64,000 bases of DNA, taken from contig NMRA01000254.1 in NCBI GenBank assembly GCA_002633005.1, forward strand, positions 217,722 to 281,721, read 5' to 3'. The DNA comes from Phoronis australis. Its lineage: Eukaryota; Animalia; Phoronida. A model generated the notes under the pieces. That model did no database searches, had not been told where the DNA came from, and was given only the letters and a program-made list of their open reading frames with translations. This document shows positions 24,901-32,670 of this stretch, in pieces; within the stretch, counting starts at the first letter, position 1; each line of letters begins with the position of its first letter. The position numbers and the translations under genes were made by a program.

Positions 24901-25135
24901 GTGCTGTGATATATCCCATGACAACGAGATGATTCTGTCAGGATCGCGTGACAGTACAATTCGACTCTGGAGGACCCGCAACGGTGCACCTATATGTCTA
25001 TTCAACGCTAACATGGACATATTCTCAGTAAAGATGAGCGCCAATGCCGGAACCGTTGTTGCCCTAGGCGACAAGTTTGCGTCCAGAAAGTTGATCATGT
25101 TGCAGATAGTTCATTCAAGAAGCAGACGACATTAG
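238..25135 (+). CDS. 5'-truncated 23-exon gene: neurexin-like single-pass membrane protein (LNS-LNS-[EGF-LNS]x3-TM) with a cytoplasmic low-complexity linker and C-terminal WD40 propeller
   Basis: Exons 238-993, 1838-1942, 2488-2672, 3210-3381, 3833-3931, 4260-4380, 4661-4797, 5782-5957, 7409-7577, 8142-8237, 8794-8895, 10481-10600, 11438-11616, 11929-12205, 14121-14244, 18160-18578, 18981-19235, 19767-20245, 21220-21384, 22814-22989, 23378-23601, 24079-24332, 24896-25135. All junctions are AG/GT, phases are consistent throughout, and the frame is open to TAG at 25133-25135. Confidence 0.85.
1838..1942 (+). CDS. Exon: EGF-like domain, copy 1
   Basis: tttgcag| acceptor, |gtatgt donor; [34 protein letters not shown] with six Cys; phase 1-1. 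Confidence 0.9.
2488..2672 (+). CDS. Exon: LNS6-like LamG copy 1, part a
   Basis: attttag| acceptor, |gtgggt donor; [49 protein letters not shown]. Confidence 0.88.
3210..3381 (+). CDS. Exon: LNS6-like LamG copy 1, part b
   Basis: ctttattag| acceptor, |gtaaga donor; [12 protein letters not shown]...[24 protein letters not shown]. Confidence 0.88.
3833..3931 (+). CDS. Exon: LNS6-like LamG copy 1, part c
   Basis: taacag| acceptor, |gtatgg donor; [17 protein letters not shown]...PLNSIIAG. Confidence 0.82.
4260..4380 (+). CDS. Exon: LNS6-like LamG copy 1, part d and linker
   Basis: atgcag| acceptor, |gtgagt donor; [32 protein letters not shown] (compare neurexin GLYYNGLKVLNMAAEND...NVRLV). Confidence 0.88.
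4661..4797 (+). CDS. Exon: EGF-like domain, copy 2
   Basis: ttccag| acceptor, |gtaaag donor; [36 protein letters not shown]. Confidence 0.88.
5782..5957 (+). CDS. Exon: LNS6-like LamG copy 2, part a
   Basis: tttcag| acceptor, |gtgagt donor; [35 protein letters not shown]. Confidence 0.88.
6264..6505. mobile_element. MITE (non-autonomous TIR element), intronic
   Basis: Left cccgttccacgaaaactgactta and right taagtcagtttcttggaacggg are near-perfect inverted repeats; a second copy lies at 12995-13189. Confidence 0.75.
6617..6900. repeat. 10-bp minisatellite (GTGCTATGCA)n, about 28 copies
   Basis: Directly visible tandem array with variants GTGCTATGTA and GTGCTGTGCA. Confidence 0.97.
7409..7577 (+). 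CDS. Exon: LNS6-like LamG copy 2, part b
   Basis: ttatag| acceptor, |gtagga donor; [14 protein letters not shown]...[24 protein letters not shown]. Confidence 0.88.
8142..8237 (+). CDS. Exon: LNS6-like LamG copy 2, part c
   Basis: tttttag| acceptor, |gtcagt donor; [32 protein letters not shown]. Confidence 0.82.
8794..8895 (+). CDS. Exon: LNS6-like LamG copy 2, part d
   Basis: cctgcag| acceptor, |gtaagt donor; [34 protein letters not shown]. Confidence 0.85.
9629..9953. mobile_element. Degenerate MITE
   Basis: Imperfect TIRs atgaaacagtcccaaatagggact and agtccttaaatttggggcgtttcat. Confidence 0.45.
10481..10600 (+). CDS. Exon: EGF-like domain, copy 3
   Basis: tttgcag| acceptor, |gtaagt donor; [39 protein letters not shown]. 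Confidence 0.9.
11438..11616 (+). CDS. Exon: LNS6-like LamG copy 3, part a
   Basis: attccag| acceptor, |gtaagt donor; [37 protein letters not shown]. Confidence 0.9.
11929..12205 (+). CDS. Exon: LNS6-like LamG copy 3, parts b and c fused
   Basis: ttctcag| acceptor, |gtaagt donor; [14 protein letters not shown]...[23 protein letters not shown]...ISLGA...PFDGILAG. Confidence 0.9.
12995..13189. mobile_element. Truncated second copy of the 6264-6505 MITE family
   Basis: Colinear similarity (acttagctaagacaaattttaagtttcagtcaattttaagataaaacttaaatttgtc...gagacaaatct); right TIR missing. Confidence 0.75.
13194..13356. mobile_element. Small MITE abutting the truncated copy
   Basis: TIRs gccctttcatact...gcgtcgac and gtcgacgc...agtatgaatggtc. 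Confidence 0.5.
14121..14244 (+). CDS. Exon: LNS6-like LamG copy 3, part d
   Basis: atttag| acceptor, |gtatgt donor; [24 protein letters not shown]; ends in phase 2 like the paralogous exon 4260-4380. Confidence 0.85.
14312..14385 (+). mobile_element. tRNA-derived SINE head
   Basis: Pol III A box TGGCCTAGTGG (14321) and B box GGTTCGAATCC (14365); no convincing cloverleaf, so not called as a tRNA. Confidence 0.6.
14497..14608. repeat. Inverted repeat with 50-bp arms and a 12-nt loop
   Basis: Arms 14497-14546 and 14559-14608 pair at about 45 of 50 positions. Confidence 0.9.
14639..15540 (+). mobile_element. Helentron/HINE (pearl/DINE-1-like) non-autonomous element with ~150-bp internal tandem units
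   Basis: Starts tttttatgcgcccac; repeated units contain ctctgtatct, gaaatttggca and ctagtgg; related copies at 36775-37590 and 39320-40210. Confidence 0.6.
17240..17335. repeat. 30-bp tandem repeat, 3 copies
   Basis: cttccaaaagctgaagtccggtggactcac repeated with minor variants. Confidence 0.9.
18160..18578 (+). CDS. Exon: Pro/Gly/Ala-rich stalk, transmembrane helix and juxtamembrane Cys cluster
   Basis: tttcag| acceptor (phase 2), |gttagt donor; hydrophobic [22 protein letters not shown] followed by [19 protein letters not shown] resembles the neurexin TM exit LLYAMYKYR. Confidence 0.88.
18981..19235 (+). CDS. Exon: cytoplasmic Gly/Ala/Met-rich low-complexity region
   Basis: tttgtag| acceptor, |gtaggt donor; [15 protein letters not shown]...[16 protein letters not shown]; phase 1-1. 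Confidence 0.85.
19226..19505. repeat. 35-bp G-rich minisatellite, 8 copies, spanning an exon-intron junction
   Basis: Unit atgggagagggtaggtactagggacttgtgggtaa; the first 10 nt of unit 1 are exonic. Confidence 0.97.
19767..20245 (+). CDS. Exon: Gly/Ser/Thr/Met-rich linker and first WD40 repeat
   Basis: ttgcag| acceptor, |gttggt donor; ends [30 protein letters not shown]. Confidence 0.87.
21220..21384 (+). CDS. Exon: WD40 region
   Basis: ttctag| acceptor, |gtgggt donor; [31 protein letters not shown]...RKLQ; phase 0-0. Confidence 0.83.
21638..21745. mobile_element. Degenerate MITE, same family as 61917-62042
   Basis: Shared internal tgttcagactcgaa and cacttxxtgacccc/gtcxtcaagtgxaa ends. Confidence 0.6.
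22285..22658. mobile_element. Palindromic (fold-back) element whose arms contain tRNA-like heads
   Basis: Centre acttagtagtgggcatcttaccct-agatta-agggtaagatgctcactactaagt; arms pair out to aacatttt/aaaatgtt. A-box sequence lies on the minus strand of the left arm and B-box-like ggttagagtccc on the right arm. Confidence 0.75.
22814..22989 (+). CDS. Exon: WD40 region
   Basis: tttcag| acceptor, |gtaatg donor; IWDFESG...[16 protein letters not shown]...VTIYDL. Confidence 0.87.
23378..23601 (+). CDS. Exon: WD40 region
   Basis: gcgcag| acceptor, |gtacgt donor; [18 protein letters not shown]...FVVFDLS...[13 protein letters not shown]. Confidence 0.87.
24079..24332 (+). CDS. Exon: WD40 region (canonical repeat)
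   Basis: attgcag| acceptor, |gtaaga donor; GELVIWSL...[32 protein letters not shown]...LSGHKDE. Confidence 0.92.
24360..24532. repeat. Polypyrimidine (CT-rich) low-complexity tract
   Basis: Intronic C/T-rich run immediately after the donor at 24333. Confidence 0.8.
24798..24826. repeat. (TG)n microsatellite
   Basis: Direct inspection. Confidence 0.9.
24896..25135 (+). CDS. Terminal coding exon: last WD40 repeats and stop
   Basis: tgtag| acceptor; [26 protein letters not shown]...[16 protein letters not shown]. Confidence 0.92.
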   Translation, partial: VWCCDISHDNEMILSGSRDSTIRLWRTRNGAPICLFNANMDIFSVKMSANAGTVVALGDKFASRKLIMLQIVHSRSRRH

Positions 25136-27658
25136 ACTGTTCCAGAGACAGATGGCACTAGTTCGCTTGTTTTAAGTGCTAATTTTGTTTCTGCATTTCA
25201 TTTATTTTTATGTTAAGGATAAGAAGCTCATTAATGTGTAGATTGATTTGATTTAAACTGCAACATTATATAAAGCAGTTTCTTGAGCTTTTGACATTCT
25301 TAGTCGTTAGTAATTGTTTCTCAAATCTGGGTTTGTGTGAGGAAAGCTGTGTACTAAACTTACAATGGCAGTCAATTGAACAAAGTGTATGACAAAGTTA
25401 TGACTGCGAGATGATGAATCACTGTTGTTGACAGCACTCTCTATTGAGGCGTATGGTAATCAATGGTTGTCTGTTAGGTGGAGCCAGATTGGTTGGTTTG
25501 TTCTGGCATGCCTGATTGGTTGGTTTGGGTTAATACTGAACATGTTTTGTAACAATGCTGTTTTTAAAATGGAGAAAAAGATTAATATAGACATAAATAT
25601 ACCGTAAATTTGTGAAATAACGCCCTGGGTGCTTAAATTAGGAAACTGTAAAATGGTGAGGGGGGGGGGGCACTTGCATCAAAAATTAAAAACCAGATTG
25701 CGAGTTTTTCGTTTTTACTCAATGGTCAAGGTAAAATGCTAAATATTTCTTTGTCTATATTTGTCTTTTTACCCATTTTAATTTTATGTTTTAGCTGGTC
25801 ATAGCTGGTAACTATTTACACCTTGATGAAAGCTATTCTTGTTGTAGATGTAGTAGTTTTTTAAAACCATTTTGAATCTGTGTAATAATATATATTTCTT
25901 GTGTTATTACTATATTTTTGTTTATTTCGTTTACTAATTGCTTTTTAATTATTATTTATCGCAGACTTGCCAACTTGCTTGAGGAATCAAATTACTAGAT
26001 CTGGTGGTCTACTGTTTTTTATTTTGCATAATATTTCCACGGTCTCTATTGGTTTCAGTGGAAAAGGATCTGAGCAGGTACTGGCTTTTCATCATGAGAT
26101 CAAAGTTGCATAAAGTTTTAGTTGTTTGTAGTGAGTTCAAATGCAATTTGTGTCTATGCGAAATGATCAAGAAAACTTGTGGAACTGTTACATGTAATAG
26201 TTTAAATTTGCACCCCTGTGTAATTTGAGAGTTGTGAAATCAAACAAATGAATTGGAGTACAAAGTCATGTTTTTGATTGCTGTAATTTTTCATGCCCAC
26301 ATATTTATCACCCAATTTGTCAGAAAAGTGGAATTGTGGTGTCAGAACTCTCAATACAAACAGTTACAAAAATCTTTTAGCGGTGGCTTCAACTTTGCAT
26401 AAAATTGTCATGAAACAACACAGGACAATTATGAGCATTTATAACTGGGCAAACTACTGGAAGAAAAACAGTACGTGACTTTGTGCTACAAAACCGTCAA
26501 CAGTGCCATTCTAATTCTATTGGTTTGTGGTGCTACTGTACACTTAATCGTTTGCTGTTTAGCGGTGGTGAGGCTGTGAATATTAAATATTCTCGGCTGA
26601 AAATGTTGTTCTTGGACTATCTCGTATGAAATACAGGCAGTTCAACTAGTTCTTGTAGGTTATTTAAATTCTTGAAGCCTGTTAGCTTGGGTGGTACTAT
26701 AATAGGCCATTGTGTATACTGCTTGTTTTTGTCATAGAATTGCAGAAGCTGTTGCTCTGTTGCTTAGCTACTAATTGTTAATTATTAACTCTGTTTTTTG
26801 GTGGTTTGATTTATATTTTGCATTCACCACCAAATGGTAGAACTCATCGCCAACTGTTGTTTTTGGTGTGCAATCACTTGACTTGAGAATTCCTTGCAGA
26901 AGTGGACATTTGAGCTGTGTGACCTTTTTCATGGATCTCTCAAAAGCAATTGATAAAGTTCCCTTTCATATTGATGGCAGGTGGCCCCTACCTAAGTCAC
27001 TGTGACAATAGCTTTGATGTCACAGTTACTTGCGAGCTGTCTAGGGTTGCGGCAGTTTCGAACATTTTGATTTCAATCATCAGCTTTGTATATAGTAAAG
27101 ACTCACCAATTTCCACAAAGATATTAGCCAAAATTGACCTTTATTGTTCAAAGTTCAAAGGCCTCTGACCGACAGTTTCTCAAAACATTGTCTGGTAGTA
27201 GGTATGGTATAGAGGTATGATTTAGTTTGCTTCTCTTATATGAATAATGAATAATGAATAATCGACTTTTCCGCTATATTGTGCCCTAAATTGGTGTGGT
27301 TTTATTTTATCATTAACTTCTTAACAAGGCAGTTCTCGTCCACACTCTTGTGCTATTTCGATGCAGTCGGAAATTTCCTGTCTGTTTGCTTTCATTTTTT
27401 GTGGTGATTATGGTAGATTGTACTAGTTTTCAGTCTGCAGAGTATAGGCGAAAAACAACGACTTGTGCCAGTGATTGTACGAGGTGGTGGGCGAGTCAAT
27501 TCAAAAGCTGGCCCTTCATTGCAGCGGTTGTTGCGATCTTAAATCAGGTGGTTGTAAACCATTAGTGAATGCTCGCTTCCCACAGTATGTGAACTGTGAA
27601 TCTCGTGTTAGTACTATTATCATCATTGTGACCTTTACTATTTTTATTATTATTTTGA

Positions 27659-27664
27659 AATAAA
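27659..27664 (+). promoter_or_regulatory. Candidate polyadenylation signal after a ~2.5 kb T-rich putative 3' UTR
   Basis: AATAAA downstream of the stop codon; further AATAAA hexamers near 28163. Not discriminating in AT-rich DNA. Confidence 0.25.
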
Positions 27665-28281
27665 ATATTGCTTACATTAAATTTAGTGATTCTTTTCTTA
27701 ATCAGCACAAACTTACGCATTCACCGGGTAAATTCGAGGATTTGGCATGTTTTTTCTTTAGCGTTTTCCTTAGTCCTGGAGAAAATACACGGCTTTTTAC
27801 CGAAAGGACTGTTTGTAGCGGAAAGGTGTTTTGGTGTTGTTTCATATTAATTAACAAATTGTCGGAATTCTCGTTGTCGGTTGGGGTCTAACGATGTTGC
27901 TCATTCTTCGGTGTTCCCATCAGAGGGTTAGAGTAGTGCATGTTTCAAACCATGTTCATGTAACCTTCAAACAGGGATCTTGTTTCCGAATTAATTTCAG
28001 TTGGATACCTCGTCTGCACGTTCCACAGATTTCGATAACCTTGCCTTGCGACTGTAAATGACAGATAAATATTGAACGAAATGAGCTATCACCAATAAAT
28101 TAACCAAACCTGGCTTGGTGGTGGTGGTAGGGTCCGCTGACCACGGATCGAGGCACCAAAGAAATAAATAAAAATACAATGTTACAAAATTAGGTGATAA
28201 TGTAATTTAGAACTACTTGTAAAAAGACCACAGTGTAGGAGAGATTATCGAAAACAGTTACACACGAAGCAGTTGAAAATA

Positions 28282-30146
28282 GTGCACTGATACGCAGTAA
28301 TTGTTACATTTTACGCCAATGATTGTTACATTTTACGTTGCTAGGCCTCTCCTAAAATGTAACAAGTTGTTACATTTTATGTAATTTTACAATTTATGTC
28401 AAATGCACACGCGAGAAATGTACCACTGTTACATTTTACGAAAGCGACGTCATATTTCATGAGTTTGCATGGTACACGGAGGAAAACGCGTTCTCGGATT
28501 GTTTGAATGAAATTCTATCAAGTGTGCCAGCTCAAATTTATAGATGTGTCCATATGTGCTTTCTATTGTTTTGTAACCTGGGTACTTTCTTGGTATAGTC
28601 AAAAATGTAGCCGTACAGTTTCAATTCCAGACGAAAGAAATTTCCAGGATCAGTTAACAAGTTTTTTTATTGTTAAATCGTTCTTGCAATCTTTTGTGGG
28701 CGGTCGCAGGTAACACCCAATTATGTGTCTGGCATTACAGTAAAAACACTTCCCTTGGTACCTCGTAAGGACAGAAACAATGACAGCGTATTCAATTTCG
28801 GGAGCCAATTTGATAGAAAAATACCCGTTTTAATACACGGTAGCTGGATTTATTTCAGCCAGTGTTTTATTGCCTTGGAATCGTGGCTAATGCTCCACAC
28901 GAATGAGACAAGACCAAAGTTTCTGATGCGGACGGGTTGTGTTTACCATCTTAGTTACGAACGATAATTTCTGGTGGAACGTGTTTTGAAGAGCTAAAAG
29001 CTGAAAGAAATATAATGGTTCCTATGATGCTAAACCTGTCTGAAATAGCGGTGGTAACAGCTAATCAACCGTGACGTGTATGCGTAAAATGGGAGGCCTA
29101 GGTGGGGAAATAAGAAATATTTTGCCACTCTGAAAGGACACGGTCATTTTGCTCATACCGCGTGTAGGTCGATAGTTTAAAGGGGCAACACTCCGAAAAA
29201 AGCTGACTGGAGGCCTTGTGGACTTCCAAAACATGCACTTTCTCTTTCTATTATCTTTTAAGATAAAAAAAATCAATGAAAATTGGTATTTGGTCAATGA
29301 TCGTTAGTCCAAACTAGGAACCAGGTTCCTATGTCCGAAGCACATATACATGTAAATAAAGACAGAGTCTGGACATTCTAGTATTAATGGACGTGAAGTC
29401 ACGTGTCTCATGAGGCGCCATTTTTGTGTTGCAGCTCGCTGCCAACAACACGCATGGTTGTAGACAAATAAAGATGTTTGGTATATTAAACGTTTTGCTA
29501 CACCGAGATGATTTTAAAATCTTTGACGATCATGACGTATTAGCACTTTGCTAAAACATGTATTATTTTTATTGCACTGTGTCATTGTTAAATAAATTCA
29601 AAAATATCAACAATGATAACAATAATGATAACGATACCGATAACTAGTAACAGTAGTGAAAGTAGTAATAGTAGTAATGGTAGTAATAGCAATAATAATA
29701 ATATAATAGTAATAAAATGATAATGGGTATCCGTGTCAGTCTGGAGGGCATTCCTGTAGAGGAGGTATACGAAAAGTGCCGCCCAAAAGGATGCTTTTTC
29801 ATAGCAAAAATGCTCTCCAATATGGTGCCATTTATAACAAAATTATCTAAAGGGTGCCTTTTATGAACAGAAATGTGTGAAAATTGGAATTTGTACGCAA
29901 AATTAGTCTCTAAATGGGCCAATATTTTGTCCAAGCCCACACTCTAAACGATAAGTATTCAAATTTTTCGGGCGCCACCCCTCGTCTAAAAATACTCGAG
30001 TGTCCCCGGCCGTGTCATATACTACTTGTTCCTGATTTTAGTCATTTTCTTTGAAATATGACATAGGTTTCGTAAAATGTAACAATAGTACATTTCTCAC
30101 ATGTGCATTAGACATAAATGCCACACTTTACGGCGTATCGGTGCAC
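28282..30146. mobile_element. ~1.9-kb non-autonomous TIR element with subterminal tgttacattttacg repeats
   Basis: Termini gtgcactgatacgc and gcgtatcggtgcac; ~52-bp block at 28390-28443 is inverted at 30068-30119; no TSD recognised. Confidence 0.6.
29608..29725. repeat. Imperfect (AAT/AGT)n microsatellite
   Basis: Direct inspection. Confidence 0.85.
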
Positions 30147-30297
30147 TCAAGTTCATAACTTTCAAAACAAACGTTCGTAAAATAATTTATAACAGAGGAT
30201 AACGCATGGGTAAATCTGGAAGAGTATAAGAAGAATTGTCAAGAATTTTTGAGTAAATTTTGATAACTCCTTGCACGTACTAAGTCTGTTTAGGCCG

Positions 30298-32670
30298 TAG
30301 TCACAGCTCTCCTATCTTTCACCTCCGTGACCACTTTCTGGGGGAAACGGGAACTTTGCATTAAACCCATCTACACATGTTCAAAAGTCAATTTCAAAAA
30401 AGTTCCCAAGAATACACTTGCACGTTTAGTTAGAATTTTAATTTAAAAGTTGGAAAAAATATAACCTCAATTAATGTGTTAGCCACCAGGTGTCAGCGCA
30501 ATCAAATGCCAGAAAAATCTTGAGTCCATACCTTTCCCCTTCAAAAGCCGTCTGCTTGGCAAGAAAACATTCATCAGAGGACAGGCAGCAGATGTTATCC
30601 TGCTGGCTTAATAGCTAGATTGTTTACTGCTACTGACTACATTGGATAGTATCAATTCTTGGATGGGTGTTCAAGTAATAGGCAACCACCAAGGACCAAG
30701 GCTCAAAAAACAGCAGACAGCAGAATTGAGGAAAGCCAAATCAAGTGGGCACGAGTGTCATCGTAATGAAACAATTCTTGGCACATTCCTGAATCATTTT
30801 GTGTTTCGCAAAGAACAGTTTTGGGAGAGCTAGGACCATGAATTATTGAACGAGTGTGCGACTTCACAATAGACTGGCAAGATGTCTGCCCCTTGCAGCA
30901 TTCATGTGTCAGGTTCTGCTCAAATTTCTGAGCTGGAATTTTCAGATATTACCTGGTCTAAGGCTACTACAAACAAACGTATCAACATTGCGTGCAGGAG
31001 AAGTATCATTGCTGAAAAGTTTTTAAGTTTTTGTGAAAAAACAGAGCTCTTGTCATGCGCGCACCCAAGGGTGGGGGGGCTTGAACGAGCCTCCTCCATT
31101 TGGTAAAGCGGGTAAAAAGGTCAGCCTCAGAGAAACAAAAACTCCAAAACAGTTGAAAACGAGACAAAAGTTCATTAAAAAGGCAGGAACTACCAAAACT
31201 CGGCGAACGCACAATTCGTAGCTCTGAAGTACCCCGTGAATCTTAGTGAATGTCCACATTCTCAAAAACTCGAGCCCCCCATTCATTAGGCTTGGTGTGC
31301 CCATGCTTCTATCACAAGCAGTGTTAAAGACACTTAACAGATATAACAACAATCGAAAGAGCTCTTAAAAAAAGAAGAGACCAAGCTGATGATGGAAATA
31401 ATACTGAGCCCACGAGAAAATTAAGGAAATTGTCACTGTCAGTTACATGTACATTTAACAGTGCTCAAAGAAATATACCTTATATGTCTTGCCACCACAA
31501 TGAACCATTTGCCACAAATCAAATTTCATCACAGGGGAACTTCACAAACAAAAGGAAAGTTGAAAACCTATACCAGTTCCAAACATTCAATTGTAAATAC
31601 CTATTCTCAATTTTAAAAGGTGTCATTTATGGTAAATAATGTTTAGTTTAGGTCACACTACAAAAATTATTTTGCTTGATAAATTTGCAGTAATAGTCGT
31701 CTCAATCTCAAATGTACTGGCAGTATTTTTTACCNGGGTGGCTTTTGGAGCAGGTTAATCTGAAGCTCCCCCGGATGACTCTGCCTTTAGCCCCAGAAAA
31801 TGCCATGGAAAACGTTAATGGCAAGTGTAAAAGAAGTGGTTGTAGTAAAAAAATGTGCTCTTGTTGGAATTCATGCATTCCATGTTCTAAGTTGTGTGAC
31901 TGTCCAGACATTGTAAACAGGGTGTCTCAGTCAAAAAACAACTTTTGATGACAAGGATGTTGATATAAATGATGAAGGAGTGGATGAAGAAACATAATAA
32001 GTGGACGCCATGTTGTTAAAGAACTTTAAATTTCCAACCTCATGGAAAATATTGACAACATTTAATCATACTGGTGACTGTGGGGACTGTTGGGTGTATC
32101 GTTCCCTGAGACAGTTGACAGTGAACAGCAATGTGGATAATAATTAATTGTGACTATTAATGAAAGTGATGACAGTGAATTTGTTGCAGAAGTGTTGGAA
32201 ATGTATATTGTTCATATATGTAGGTTGTGATATCAAATCTTCGTCAAGTTCCATCCAAATGTTTAACAGTATTTGTTTTTTGGCAGATCAGAATATAGTA
32301 GTATGTTTTCTGGCCAACAAGAGGCGCTGCTAAAATATTTCTTTTTCTCTTTTTTGAGCAATTTCCCACCTAATATCATAATATATATCACTTTTCTTGT
32401 TCCGTAACTTCAAATGAACAAATCCCAATCAAATTGTCATTCAGTTTTTGTCTAGTGTTGTTGGTTTTTGAAGATAGGTTTTCTGTGCCAAAGTATGCAA
32501 AAAGTCAGATTTTTGAGTTCAAATTTCTCGAACACGAGCAAGTCAAAGCTTGATAACTTTTTAGATTCTTAAAGTATAGTACTTAATGACCTTCAAAACA
32601 CCAAAATTATCTTGCCCCAAAAAGTGGCCACGGAAGTGATTTTCTAAGCTTCCTAGAGTCGAATGGACTA
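30298..32670 (+). mobile_element. Degenerate Academ-like DNA transposon remnant
   Basis: Ends TAGTC...GACTA with inverted tcacYtccgtgRccactttYtgggg. The fragment at 31712-31948, GWLLEQ...MTLPLAPENAMENVNGKCKRSGCSKKMCSCWNSCIPCSKLCDC, matches the Cys-rich C-terminus recalled for Academ-type transposases. Confidence 0.55.

Noticed and set aside
238-25135. Calling the gene a canonical neurexin (NRXN/Nrx-1), CASPR, EYS or crumbs
   Set aside because: The triplicated EGF-LNS6 module, absent PDZ tail and WD40 C-terminus do not fit these families, and orthology cannot be shown without a phylogeny, so no symbol is given.
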